Source of the DNA: an uncultured Polaribacter sp.
Lineage (GTDB): Bacteria; Bacteroidota; Bacteroidia; Flavobacteriales; Flavobacteriaceae
Assembly: GCA_964565055.1 (NCBI GenBank)
Contig: CAZMDC010000011.1
Coordinates: 5,103-69,102 of the forward strand
Length of the DNA stretch: 64,000 bases
Reading direction: 5' to 3'
Every line of letters starts with the position of its first letter. Position 1 is the first letter of the stretch. The position numbers were made by a program, and so were the translations under genes. Of the stretch, positions 19,301-30,572 are shown in pieces. The notes under the pieces were generated by a model. The model saw nothing but the letters and a program-made list of their open reading frames with translations, searched no databases and was not told where the DNA came from.

Positions 19301-20722
19301 TTAGATACTAAATATAAAACCAATGGTAGGTTGCTGGGTAATATTACACATCAAAATTTCGATCAATGGTTTTTAGATTTAGAAATTATTACTGAGAACC
19401 TGCTTGTTTTAGACACAAAAAATACAGAAGAAGCCTTGTATTATGGAACAGGTTTTATAGATGGTTCTGCTTCAATAACAGGTTTAACAGATCAATTAGA
19501 TATTACTGTAAATGCACAAACAAACCCTAATACTAAATTTGTTGTACCGTTAAAAGATATTGAAACTGTAGATAGCTATCAGCTTATTCATTTTAAAACC
19601 GATAAAATGGATACAGAAGAAAGACAAAAAAAACTAGCTCAAGAGGCTATTAAAGGCTTGTCTTTAAACATAAACTTAGAAGTAACTAAAGATGCAGAAG
19701 CACAAGTTGTAATAGATGAAGTAAATGGAAGTCAATTAACAGGTAGAGGTTCTGGAAACTTACAAATAATGATAAATACAAGAGGTAAGTTTGATATGTT
19801 TGGAGATTATACTATAGATACAGGAGTATATGATTTTAAGTATGGAGGAATTATAAACAAGCCTTTTGTAATTCAAAAAGGTGGAACTGTTTCTTGGAAT
19901 GGTAACCCTTATGAAGCAGATTTAGATGTTACAGCAATTTATAAAGCCAAAGCAAATCCAGGAGTTTTATTGCAAAACTTTAATTCTAACAGAAAAGAAG
20001 AAATAGATTTAGTTACAAGAATAACAGGTGGTTTATTTGATTCTAAACAAGAATTAGATATTCAATTAACAAACGTAGATCCAACTATTGCAAGTGAGTT
20101 AGAGTTTGTTTTAAATGATAATAATATCAATGAAAAAACTACTCAATTTATATCATTACTAGCATTAGGTTCGTTTAGAAATCCAGATAGGGTTAGTTTT
20201 GATGTAAATAACACCTTAACAGGTACTGCTTCAAGTGCAATTGCAACTGCTTTTTCAAGTATTTTAAATAATCCAGATAGCAAGTTTCAGTTAGGGTTAG
20301 ACTATCAACAAGGAGATACAGGAAATAATATAGATCGTTTAAACATAGATAATCAAGTTGATGTTTCTGTAAGTACGCAAGTTAGTAATCGTGTAATTAT
20401 AAATGGAAAAGTAGGTGTGCCAGTTGGTGCGCAAACACAATCTAGTGTAGTTGGAGAAGTGAAAGTAGAAGTATTATTAAATAAAGAAGGTAATTTTAGA
20501 GGCGTAATTTTTAATCGTCAAAACGAAATACAATATTCGCAACAAGAAGAAGGGTATACTCAAGGTGCTGGTTTATCTTATCAAGTTAACTTTAATACAT
20601 TATCAGGTTTGTTGAGTAAAATAGGTATTAAAAAAAACGCTAAAGTCAAAAAAAAGAAACCATTTAAAAAAGACACTACAGCTACTAAACAAAAAAAACT
20701 TATAAATTTCGAAGGAAATTAA
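16313..20722 (+). CDS. Translocation and assembly module TamB-like giant envelope protein (start probably a little upstream)
   Basis: 1469 aa with an N-terminal membrane anchor, a long beta-rich body and a conserved C-terminal region (DUF490-like, ...GKVGVPVG...EVKVEV...). It is divergent from tsaD. Confidence 0.75.
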   Translation: MLFLLLLSVLLSISPVQTKLGSYFTNKINKDFSTNLNINKVDFSFLGSVKFRGIEIRDHHKDTLIFVDKLTTSVFNARKILNNEVNLGPIYLEDAYYHMKTYKGEEDDNMAIFIDSFDDGKEKDSLNPFILKSKNVYVDNLDFKLIDANKQDSLVYFVNNAGGNLQDLSIVGPDFSANIRGLYFKDKFDVKVTNLTTNFSYSKTAMHFKHTKLETKNTAISGDIDFYYKREDLADFVNKVKINANFKNSKVAIQDIKKFYNELESLDVLDFKGKLDGYLNNFDVNKLLLTSKRGLKIDGDLSFVNAVNTERGFVFEGDLNNLKATYTELKKILPNVLGKNVPSEFNKLGWFTLQGKLRVTPDQMKASVTVNSEIGGAITDLQLTNIDNIDYAIYDGTIALEEFNIGEFFNDPLFGILSLKGDVNGSGFKLTNIDTKFDGTVSQFEFKNYIYNNIVANGQYQNNKFDGDLKIDDKNFKMQFTGLADLSSTINKFDFKSNIDFLNLKKTNLFIRDSTALLKGNITLDVEGNTLDDIVGVAVFKDVFYTNQKKEFSFKEFNVYSSIKDSIKRIDVTSEDIANGYLSGKFTFSEVPKVAQNALGSIYTNYEPYNVAPNQFLDFNFTIYNQIVTVFFPEIAIDDNTKIKGKIESNKDQLKLTFSSPRIDAYGNELKDVLLRTDNQNPLYNSHLTASEFNTKYYNISKLNLLNRTQNDTLFFKSEFNGGLQDKENFNLDFYYTINQDKKSVLGFEKSTFVFKNTAWKINPDEKNTDKIVFDLKNDEFNFNTFKLTSGKQIIGFTGSIIGNTEKTLLAELTKVKLQSFLPEIDSLALKGSVTGNVDFVQKDNQYKPEALLVIKDFEVNDFKQGELAINVVGDNAYDKFNVDLSIKNEKVKSIAATGSLDFSNKRPLIDLQVFLEDYNLEAFSPLGKEVISSLRGIVSGDFNLRGFLRNPEMDGTLRLKNAGLKFPYLNVDLDFEGQSTISLSEQSFILENIQLLDTKYKTNGRLLGNITHQNFDQWFLDLEIITENLLVLDTKNTEEALYYGTGFIDGSASITGLTDQLDITVNAQTNPNTKFVVPLKDIETVDSYQLIHFKTDKMDTEERQKKLAQEAIKGLSLNINLEVTKDAEAQVVIDEVNGSQLTGRGSGNLQIMINTRGKFDMFGDYTIDTGVYDFKYGGIINKPFVIQKGGTVSWNGNPYEADLDVTAIYKAKANPGVLLQNFNSNRKEEIDLVTRITGGLFDSKQELDIQLTNVDPTIASELEFVLNDNNINEKTTQFISLLALGSFRNPDRVSFDVNNTLTGTASSAIATAFSSILNNPDSKFQLGLDYQQGDTGNNIDRLNIDNQVDVSVSTQVSNRVIINGKVGVPVGAQTQSSVVGEVKVEVLLNKEGNFRGVIFNRQNEIQYSQQEEGYTQGAGLSYQVNFNTLSGLLSKIGIKKNAKVKKKKPFKKDTTATKQKKLINFEGN

Positions 20723-20864
20723 ATTTTGCAAGTTTTGTTTTTAAAAAGCATTTTTTTAATAAAAAAGCTTGATTTTCTTTATTGAAATCAGCGTTTTATG
20801 GCTAAAACGATTTCGTAACTTTTTTATTTAGTATCATTTAAATGAATTATTTTTACAGTAAAAT

Positions 20865-22864
<2,000 letters not shown>

Positions 22865-22885
22865 GCAAGTATTACTTTAAAATAT

Positions 22886-22917
22886 AAAAAGCCTTATGGA
22901 TTTCCACAAGGCTTTTT
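22886..22917 (+). terminator. Rho-independent terminator after gap
   Basis: Stem AAAAAGCCTTATGG / CCACAAGGCTTTTT (one mismatch), loop ATTT, T-rich tail. Confidence 0.7.
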
Positions 22918-22991
22918 ATATTTAAAAAAAAGTAATCATATTTTTTCTGCAAACTTATTTGTTAGATTTATTTTATAATATAAAGTTTAGC

Positions 22992-23024
22992 AAAAAAAAC
23001 CTCGCAAATTGCGAGGTTTTTTTT
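22992..23024. terminator. Bidirectional terminator; serves the convergent M1 peptidase gene
   Basis: A8 run, stem ACCTCGCAA / TTGCGAGGT, then a T8 run. It ends 18 nt from the stop of the - strand gene at 23042. Confidence 0.8.
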
Positions 23025-23041
23025 GTGTAAATAGATATTTA

Positions 23042-25246
23042 CTATCCTTTTGTTTTGTTTTTAAACTGATCAAACTTGTCAGCTTCTGGTTTTGGCCAGC
23101 TATTGTTAGAAGTATCAACGTCTGCAGTTTCCATATCTGGATCTACTTTAATACTTTTAATTTCTTGTGTAGAAGAGAATACTCTTCTTACAGTATTATC
23201 GTCTTTCATCCAAATTTGAGCTGGGAATGTTTCTTTTTTAGTTGTACCATCAGCATATGTTAATTCCACAATTAATGGCATTACTAAACCTCCTGGCTTT
23301 TCAAATTCTACAGAATAAATATATGATGGTACTTCTTTACCATTTGCATATTTATCCATAGCCTTAGGGTTTGCATCCTCTTTTTTATCAGTAATGTAAA
23401 CTAAATCACCCATACTATCAAAATATTGCTTGTACTGCTCTTTAAGCTTAGCTACTCTTTCATTTGGCTTATCAGTTAAATATAAAGGTGTAACTTCTTT
23501 AATACCTATATCTGTAACATCTGTTGTATAAAACCAACCTCTCCAAAACCAATCTAAATCCATACCAGAAGCATCTTCCATAGATCTAAAGAAATCTTCT
23601 GGAGTTGGATGTTTAAACATCCATCTTTGAGAATATGTTCTAAATGCTTTGTCAAATAATTCAGGGCCCATAATTGTTTTACGCAACATGTATAAACCAG
23701 CTGCTGGCTTAGAATATGCATTTGGTCCAAATTGTTTTACGTAATCACCTTGAGACATAATAGGAGAGATGTTAGACTGATCTCCACCCATATATCTTGT
23801 AATATTTTTTGCTGGGTTTGTAGCAAATAATTCTGCATCATAAACATCTTCTGCTAAAATTTCTACAAATGAGTTTAAGCCTTCATCCATCCATGTCCAT
23901 TGTCTTTCATCAGAATTTACAATCATTGGGAAAAAGTTATGCCCAACTTCGTGTACAATTACACCAATCATTCCTTTTTTAGTTCTATCTGAATAAGACC
24001 CATCAGGATTTGGACGCCCAAAATTGAAACAAATCATTGGATACTCCATACCTTGTCTTTCTGAATGTACAGAAACAGCTTTAGGATAAGGATAATCGAA
24101 AGTTAATTTAGAGTATTCAATTAAAGTAGTTGCAACAGCTCTTGTAGAGTGCTCTTCCCATAAAGGATTACCTTCTTTAGGATATAAAGATGTAGCCATT
24201 ACTGTTTTACCATTAATGTTTACAGCCATTGCATCCCAAATATATTTTCTTGATGTTGCAAAAGCAAAATCTCTTACTTTTTCAGCTTTAAACTTCCAAG
24301 TTTTTGTACCAGTAGCACGTCCTTTTTCATTTTTTTCAGCCTCTTCTTGAGTTACAATAATAACAGGGTTATCAAAACTTTTTCTTGCTTGTTCAAAACG
24401 TTTGCGTTGTGTTTTAGTTAAAACATCTTTTTCATTTTGTAAAGATCCTGTAGCCTCTACAATATGATCTGCAGGTACAGTTAAGTTTACTTCATAATCA
24501 CCAAACTCTAATGCAAATTCAGAACGACCCCAAAACTGCATGTTTTGCCATCCTTCTACATTGTTGTAAACAGCTAATCTTGGAAAAAATTGAGCTATTG
24601 TGTAATTGTTATTACCATCTTCAAAAGACTCTAAACCAGAACGTCCACCATCTTTATTAATGTCGTTAATTTTGTAATTCCATTTTATACGAAATTCAAA
24701 AGTTTCACCAGGAGCTAATGATTTTGGTAAATTAATACGCATCATAGTTCTGTTAATAAAGTGAGATAATGGTTTACCATCATATTCAACTTTTTCTATT
24801 TTATAACCAAAACCTTTACCTTCACCCATATAAGATGATTTAAAATTTTCTGGAGTTATAAAAGGGGTAGCAGAGTTAGACTGTGCTAAAGGAGTTTTAG
24901 AGTCATCTGCTCTCATGTTTTGATCTAATTGCACCCATAAGTATTCTAAAACATCTTTAGAATTGTTGTGGTAAGTAATTGTTTCATCACCATAAATTTT
25001 ATTATTGGCTTCGTCTAAACGAATGTCCATAACATAATCTACTTTTTGTTGAAAATATTGATGACCAGGAGCACCAGAAGCAGTATGTTGATCGTTTGGT
25101 GTTGCTAAAACATCTTTTAGTTGTCTAAACTTGTTTTCATCTGTGTGCCCTAATTGTGTTTTCTTTTTTTCTTGTTGCGCTTGTTGTGCAAATGCTGTTG
25201 AAGCAATTAAAAAGAAAGAAAATACGAATAAAGAAATTTTTTTCAT
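23042..25246 (-). CDS. Secreted M1-family (gluzincin) zinc metallopeptidase, paralogue 1
   Basis: Signal peptide, HEVGHNFF plus WMDEGLNSF (HExxH-x18-E). Long blocks are identical to the neighbouring gene. Confidence 0.88.
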   Translation of the reverse strand: MKKISLFVFSFFLIASTAFAQQAQQEKKKTQLGHTDENKFRQLKDVLATPNDQHTASGAPGHQYFQQKVDYVMDIRLDEANNKIYGDETITYHNNSKDVLEYLWVQLDQNMRADDSKTPLAQSNSATPFITPENFKSSYMGEGKGFGYKIEKVEYDGKPLSHFINRTMMRINLPKSLAPGETFEFRIKWNYKINDINKDGGRSGLESFEDGNNNYTIAQFFPRLAVYNNVEGWQNMQFWGRSEFALEFGDYEVNLTVPADHIVEATGSLQNEKDVLTKTQRKRFEQARKSFDNPVIIVTQEEAEKNEKGRATGTKTWKFKAEKVRDFAFATSRKYIWDAMAVNINGKTVMATSLYPKEGNPLWEEHSTRAVATTLIEYSKLTFDYPYPKAVSVHSERQGMEYPMICFNFGRPNPDGSYSDRTKKGMIGVIVHEVGHNFFPMIVNSDERQWTWMDEGLNSFVEILAEDVYDAELFATNPAKNITRYMGGDQSNISPIMSQGDYVKQFGPNAYSKPAAGLYMLRKTIMGPELFDKAFRTYSQRWMFKHPTPEDFFRSMEDASGMDLDWFWRGWFYTTDVTDIGIKEVTPLYLTDKPNERVAKLKEQYKQYFDSMGDLVYITDKKEDANPKAMDKYANGKEVPSYIYSVEFEKPGGLVMPLIVELTYADGTTKKETFPAQIWMKDDNTVRRVFSSTQEIKSIKVDPDMETADVDTSNNSWPKPEADKFDQFKNKTKG

Positions 25247-25333
25247 TTGTATTGATTTGAATTTGTAGCTATAAAATTAGTGATAAGTAAATTAATAAAG
25301 GTTAAATGTTAAAAATTTTAACAAACCTTTATT

Positions 25334-25368
25334 AAAAAAAAATGGCAATATGTTTACATATTGCCATT
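25334..25368 (-). terminator. Rho-independent terminator after M1 paralogue 2
   Basis: On the - strand, stem AATGGCAATATG / CATATTGCCATT followed by a T9 run. A second hairpin (AATAAAGGTT...AACCTTTATT, 25294-25333) follows. Confidence 0.75.
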
Positions 25369-25388
25369 AATTAGAATTTTAATGAAGT

Positions 25389-27500
25389 TTAACCTTTCAC
25401 TTTGTTTTTAAATTTATCAAATTTAGAGTTGTTTTCTCTTGGAAATGAGTTGTTAGAAGTATCTACATCTGCAGTTTCTAAATCTGGATCTATTAAAATA
25501 CTTTCTATTTGTTTTGTTGAAGAAAATACTTTAGTTACTTCTTTATCATTATACCTCCAAATTTGTGCAGGATACGTTTTTCTTTCCTTAGAACCATCTT
25601 TATAGGTAAATTCTACAATAATTGGCATTACCAAGCCTCCTGGTTTTTCATAAGTAATTTCGTAGTGATATTTATCTTGATTTTGAGTAAAACCTAAACC
25701 ATTTGAAGAATCTTCTACAAACTCTACAGTATCACCCATAGTTTTTGTTGAGAACTTTTTTACTTCTTTTACACCAATATCTGTTACGTCTGTTGTGTAG
25801 AACCAACCTCTCCAAAACCAATCTAAATCTACACCAGAAGCGTCTTCCATAGTTCTAAAGAAATCTGCTGGAGAAGGGTGTTTAAACATCCATCTTTGAG
25901 AATATGTTTTAAATGCATGGTCAAACAATTCTTTACCCATAATTGTGTTTCTTAAAATGTGTAATGCTGTTGCTGGTTTACCATAAGCATTGTTACCAAA
26001 GCTGTACACATTATCTCCTTTAGACATAATTGGTGCAATTCTAGATTGATCTCCACTCATATATCTTACAATGTTTTTAGGTAGACCTCTTGTTATTGGA
26101 AAATTAGGATCGTAATCCCATTCTGCCAACATTTCTAAGTAAGAATTTAATCCTTCATCCATCCAAGTCCATTGTCTTTCATCAGAATTTACAATCATAG
26201 GAAAAAAGTTATGACCAACTTCGTGTACAGTAACTTTTATCATTCTATATTTCATTCTATCAGAATAGCCTCCATCTGGTAAATCTGGTCTACCAGGATT
26301 GAAACAAATTTGTGGATATTCCATTCCCATTTGTCCATCAACAGAAATTGCTTTATGGTAAGGATAATCAAAAGTATATTTAGAATACGTTTTTAATGTT
26401 TGTGCAACTGCTCTTGTTGAGTGATCTCCATATAAAGGATTTGCTTCTTTAGAATATAAAGATTCTGCCATTACTGTTTTACCATTAATATCAACAGCCA
26501 TTGCATCAAAAATAAATTTTCTAGATGTTGCAAAAGCGTAATCACGCACGTTTTCTGCAATAAACTTCCAAGTTTTTGTTCCTGTTGCTTTTGATTTTTC
26601 AATTTTTTCAGCTTCTTTTTGTGTTCTAATAACTACTGGATTATCAAAAGTTTTTCTAGCTTTTTCAAATCTTTTCAATTCTTTTTCAGAAAAAACATCT
26701 TCTCTATTTTGTAAAACACCTGTAGCTCCTAACATATGGTCTTCTGGAACAGTAATGTTTACTTCAAAATCTCCAAATTCTAATGCGAATTCACTACGTC
26801 CCCAAAATTGATCGTTTTGCCATCCTTCAACATTATCATATACACACATTCTTGGGTAAAATTGTGCAATTACGTAGTTGTTGTTATTATTTTCTTCAAA
26901 GTGCTCGTAACCAGATCTTCCACCATCAGTTCTATGATTATTGATATTATACCACCAAGAAATGTTAAACTCAAATGTATCTCCAGAAGCTAATGGTTCT
27001 GTTAAGTTGATACGCATCATGGTTTGATTGATAGTGTACGATAAATTGCTACCATCATCATTTGTAACACTCATAATATTAAAACCACCATCAAATTGCT
27101 CTTCTGGAAAACTTCTTTCAAAGCCAGTTTTACTTAGTTTTTTTGGAATTGAATTTGGAGAGATATCTGGAGTTTTAGAATCTGCAGCTCTCATATTTTG
27201 GTCTAATTGTACCCATAAATATTCTAAATCGTCTTTAGAGTTATTATGATATGTAATGGTTTCTGAACCCGTAATTTTTGTGTTAGCATCGTCTAAAACA
27301 ATATCCATTTTATAATCTACCTTCTGTTGGGTATAGGCTGTACCAGGTTTTCCAGAAGCTGTTCTTTCTAAATTCGGAGTTGGTAATTCTTGCTTTAGTT
27401 GTTTAAATTTATTTTGATTTGTGTGCCCTTGTTTGGTAATTTGGCCATAAGAACTGGCTGCAAAAACAAAGGATAAAAGTAAAAATCCAATTTTTTTCAT
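25389..27500 (-). CDS. Secreted M1-family (gluzincin) zinc metallopeptidase, paralogue 2
   Basis: Signal peptide, HEVGHNFF plus WMDEGLNSY. It shares YLWVQLDQNMRA, PMIVNSDERQWTWMDEGLNS, YSQRWMFKHP and DLDWFWRGWFYTTDVTDIG with paralogue 1. Confidence 0.88.
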   Translation of the reverse strand: MKKIGFLLLSFVFAASSYGQITKQGHTNQNKFKQLKQELPTPNLERTASGKPGTAYTQQKVDYKMDIVLDDANTKITGSETITYHNNSKDDLEYLWVQLDQNMRAADSKTPDISPNSIPKKLSKTGFERSFPEEQFDGGFNIMSVTNDDGSNLSYTINQTMMRINLTEPLASGDTFEFNISWWYNINNHRTDGGRSGYEHFEENNNNNYVIAQFYPRMCVYDNVEGWQNDQFWGRSEFALEFGDFEVNITVPEDHMLGATGVLQNREDVFSEKELKRFEKARKTFDNPVVIRTQKEAEKIEKSKATGTKTWKFIAENVRDYAFATSRKFIFDAMAVDINGKTVMAESLYSKEANPLYGDHSTRAVAQTLKTYSKYTFDYPYHKAISVDGQMGMEYPQICFNPGRPDLPDGGYSDRMKYRMIKVTVHEVGHNFFPMIVNSDERQWTWMDEGLNSYLEMLAEWDYDPNFPITRGLPKNIVRYMSGDQSRIAPIMSKGDNVYSFGNNAYGKPATALHILRNTIMGKELFDHAFKTYSQRWMFKHPSPADFFRTMEDASGVDLDWFWRGWFYTTDVTDIGVKEVKKFSTKTMGDTVEFVEDSSNGLGFTQNQDKYHYEITYEKPGGLVMPIIVEFTYKDGSKERKTYPAQIWRYNDKEVTKVFSSTKQIESILIDPDLETADVDTSNNSFPRENNSKFDKFKNKVKG

Positions 27501-27527
27501 GAATGATAGGTTTTTTATTAATAGTTA

Positions 27528-28028
27528 TTATTTAAAGTTTAGTGTTGTAACAGTTTTATCTTTAGTAAGCATAATACTTTTATGCTTTTTATTTACTTTG
27601 GTTTTTATTAAATTTTGTTGTGTATCAAAATATTCTAAGAGTATTTTATTGGATACTTCTATTGAATTTAATTCTTCAATATTTTCTATTTCTAGGTAAA
27701 ATAAAACAAGATCTCCATCATATTCTTTTCCAATATAATTAAAGTTTTTTTTTACATCATCGACTTTAAATTGCAGTTTATTTTTTAAATATTTTTCAAA
27801 GTAAACATCGTTGTTTTTTAACTCTTTTTTTGTAGTTAATTGTAAGTCGATATTATAATCTTTGTTTAAAGCGAGTTCAATATCATCCATAAAAACATTT
27901 GTTATTATTTGAATTGCTTTGGCCTCTTTTTTATAATTAATTTGAGTTAAGCTTAAATAATATTTATGCGTAGAAAATGATAAAAGAGGAATTATAAAAA
28001 GAATTAATAGGTGCTTTTTTGATATCAT
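27528..28028 (-). CDS. Small secreted protein of unknown function (resembles the DUF6702 type often found beside flavobacterial M1 peptidases)
   Basis: Signal peptide followed by HKYYLSLTQINYKKEAKAIQIITNVFMDDIE. The family assignment is from memory only. Confidence 0.5.
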   Translation of the reverse strand: MISKKHLLILFIIPLLSFSTHKYYLSLTQINYKKEAKAIQIITNVFMDDIELALNKDYNIDLQLTTKKELKNNDVYFEKYLKNKLQFKVDDVKKNFNYIGKEYDGDLVLFYLEIENIEELNSIEVSNKILLEYFDTQQNLIKTKVNKKHKSIMLTKDKTVTTLNFK

Positions 28029-28058
28029 ATTTTGATAAAAATCAATTATTGAGCCAAA

Positions 28059-28868
28059 TTACTCATTTTTTATGATTTTTAAGTAAGAAACACTTTCTGT
28101 TCTTAAAATTTTAATTAATTCTAGCATTCTGTTTTCTTTATGCATATCTTCTATACCTAAAGGATTACAGTACTCTAAAAAATGAAAATATTTTTCTATT
28201 GGAATTTTTAATTCATCAAAAAAGAACTTTTCACCAAGTTCTGATAATATTTTATAAGGAAAGGCTTTTTTTTGAGCTAATTTTTTTCTTAAAGCCCATA
28301 AACGTTCTGAACCTTTAAATGGCATAACTACTGATGCACCAGCTCCAGCCATTGGTATTGCTCCTTGCATTGTATTTACCATTGGTGGTTTGGCTTTTGT
28401 AATTTCATCTATTGTAAAATCTTTTTCAGAAAAATCTACATTAGAAAAATCCATAACGTTTCTTAATAATGAATCTTTTTCGTTTTTTGGAACGTCTTTG
28501 GTGTCAATACCTAACCTACCAGTTAAATTATGTCTTTTTAGTTCAAAAGATGTTAAATTGTAAATATTTGATATTAGTTGAACTTCTAACTTTTTCTTAT
28601 TAAATATTTTTTCTGTAACTATAACTTTTTTGGTTATATGTTGTACAGAAGAGAAACGCAAAGTATCTCCTTTAGCTACAAATATTCTAAACAAACCTTT
28701 ATCACTAGAAAAAGTACCTTGGCTTGTGTTTACATTAATAACATTGGCATTTTTTATAACACCAACAGAATCTATTACTTTACCAGTAATAATTTGTTTT
28801 TTTTCTTGGGCTTGTAGGTTAACAAACACAAATAAAAAGGGAAGTAAAAGAAGTAGTTTTTTTATCAT
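28059..28868 (-). CDS. Carboxypeptidase-regulatory-like (CarboxypepD_reg) domain protein, paralogue A
   Basis: Signal peptide, then ITGKVIDSVGVIKNANVINVNTSQGTFSSDKGLFRIFVAKGDTLRFSSVQH, a typical CarboxypepD_reg beta-sandwich, and an uncharacterised helical C-terminal half. Confidence 0.65.
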   Translation of the reverse strand: MIKKLLLLLPFLFVFVNLQAQEKKQIITGKVIDSVGVIKNANVINVNTSQGTFSSDKGLFRIFVAKGDTLRFSSVQHITKKVIVTEKIFNKKKLEVQLISNIYNLTSFELKRHNLTGRLGIDTKDVPKNEKDSLLRNVMDFSNVDFSEKDFTIDEITKAKPPMVNTMQGAIPMAGAGASVVMPFKGSERLWALRKKLAQKKAFPYKILSELGEKFFFDELKIPIEKYFHFLEYCNPLGIEDMHKENRMLELIKILRTESVSYLKIIKNE

Positions 28869-28949
28869 AAAAAAATATAAATTGTATACAAAGTAAATAT
28901 TTTATAGGTATATAATTTACGTATAATTTGTAAACTTATGTTAAAAACT

Positions 28950-29726
28950 TCATTTTTTTTCTCTTGTATTTAACTTGGTTTTTTCTATTTGAACAAAATT
29001 TACGCTTTCTTTCATTAAAACTGCAAGTAATTTAATCATATTTTTTTTATTAAAAAGGTTAATGATATTGTCTTTAATGCAGTAATTTAAAAAATTATTT
29101 ATTTCTTTTTTTTCAATACTTAAGTCTCTTATAAAAAAATCATCAGTATAATGCGTCCTTATTTTTTTTAGCATTCTATCTTCATAGGTTAACTTTTGTA
29201 AGGCTTTTTTTCTTCTGTTATTTCCATTTATAGTATTTATTAAATTATCTAAACTTAAAATTCCTCCAGACCTAAAACTAAAAGTAGCGTCGTTTTTATT
29301 CGCTTTTGTTTTTGCATAAGGTAATCCTAGTGTTATTGCATTTACTGTTGGTGGAGGAATCTTTTTCTTATCAACATAAAAAATACCAGTAGGTCTTTCT
29401 AATGTAAACCCTTCTAATTGATAGGTTTTTGAATTCAATTTTATAAAAATTTTGTTTTTTTCTATAATTTCTGAGGTAATTATAACCATCTTTTTATTAG
29501 AAGAAACGTGAGTAAATTCTAGAGTATCATTAATTTTTACAGCAATTTCAAAAATACCAAAATCGTTAGTTGTGCTTCCTTGATTAGAATTTTTATTAAT
29601 AATATGTACATTATACATTAATGTATCTTGTTGAGTTATTACTCCACTAATTAACGTTCTATTTTTTTGACAATATGTGATTGATGTAAAAAATAAAACT
29701 AACAAGATTAATAGTTGATTTCTCAT
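28950..29726 (-). CDS. Carboxypeptidase-regulatory-like domain protein, paralogue B
   Basis: Same architecture as 28059-28868 (ISGVITQQDTLMYNVHIINKNSNQGSTTNDFGIFEIAVKINDTLEFTHVS). Confidence 0.65.
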   Translation of the reverse strand: MRNQLLILLVLFFTSITYCQKNRTLISGVITQQDTLMYNVHIINKNSNQGSTTNDFGIFEIAVKINDTLEFTHVSSNKKMVIITSEIIEKNKIFIKLNSKTYQLEGFTLERPTGIFYVDKKKIPPPTVNAITLGLPYAKTKANKNDATFSFRSGGILSLDNLINTINGNNRRKKALQKLTYEDRMLKKIRTHYTDDFFIRDLSIEKKEINNFLNYCIKDNIINLFNKKNMIKLLAVLMKESVNFVQIEKTKLNTREKK

Positions 29727-29861
29727 GCCAACAAAGAAAAGCGCTGGTCTTCTTAAAACTCTATTAATACTTTTATAAACTTTTGTTAACTACTTTCTAC
29801 ATTTCTGTTTTTATGATGTTTTTAAGATTTACACTTATTAAAAAAACTTTATTTTTGAAGT

Positions 29862-30572
29862 ATGAAGAAAATGATAATCGCAAGCACTTCTACAATTCAT
29901 GGAAGTGATTATTTAGAATATTTACTGCCTACATTACAGGCTTTTTTTGCTAATGTAAAATCAATTTTATTTATACCTTATGCTAGACCTGGAGGTATTT
30001 CTTATGACGATTATACAAAAAAAGCAAAGAATGCTTTTGATAAAATTGATATCGATGTAAAAGGAATTCATGAATCTGATAATCTAAAAGAGGCTTTAAA
30101 AAATGCTGAAGCTATTTTTACAGGTGGTGGTAATACGTTTGAATTGGTAAATCAATTATACAAACAAGGTGTTTTATCAACTTTAAAAGAAGCTTTAGAA
30201 AATGGAACACCTTATTTAGGCACAAGTGCAGGAAGCAATATTTGTGGTATTTCTATGATGAATACAAATGATATGCCAATTGTTTATCCACCAAGTTTTA
30301 CAACAATGGGTTGTATTCCATTTAATATTAACGCACATTATTTAGATCCAGTTCAAGGCTCTAAACATATGGGAGAAACTCGTGAAACCAGGATAAAAGA
30401 GTTTCATGTTTTTAATGAAACCCCAGTATTAGGTTTACGAGAAGGAAGTTGGTTAGAAGTTTTAGACAACACTATTTTACTAAAAGGAGAGTATTCTGCA
30501 AGGTGTTTTACAGCAAATACAAAACCTTTTGAATTAGAAAGTGGGAGAGAGGTTGCTTTTACTAATATGTAA
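29862..30572 (+). CDS. pepE: Dipeptidase E (S51 family, Asp-specific dipeptidase)
   Basis: GGGNTF and GTSAGSNI (nucleophile Ser) motifs, with a later His (NAHY). The ~236-aa size is typical of PepE. Confidence 0.85.
   Translation: MKKMIIASTSTIHGSDYLEYLLPTLQAFFANVKSILFIPYARPGGISYDDYTKKAKNAFDKIDIDVKGIHESDNLKEALKNAEAIFTGGGNTFELVNQLYKQGVLSTLKEALENGTPYLGTSAGSNICGISMMNTNDMPIVYPPSFTTMGCIPFNINAHYLDPVQGSKHMGETRETRIKEFHVFNETPVLGLREGSWLEVLDNTILLKGEYSARCFTANTKPFELESGREVAFTNM

Noticed and set aside
23009-23263. 84-aa + strand ORF overlapping the terminator and the 3' end of the M1 peptidase gene
   Set aside because: It starts inside a terminator hairpin and runs antisense to a strongly supported CDS. 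Its Phe/Cys-rich composition is typical of AT-rich antisense frames.
29850-29857. TATTTTTG -7-like box only 4 nt upstream of the pepE ATG (possible leaderless mRNA)
   Set aside because: The match to TAnnTTTG is exact, but the spacing leaves no room for a normal 5' UTR. A second in-frame Met (29871) makes interpretation ambiguous, so this is too speculative without TSS data.
30562-30572. 11-nt convergent overlap of the pepE and ribB(A) 3' ends
   Set aside because: The overlap is real but small. Such convergent overlaps are common in compact genomes, and no structure or extra signal was seen.
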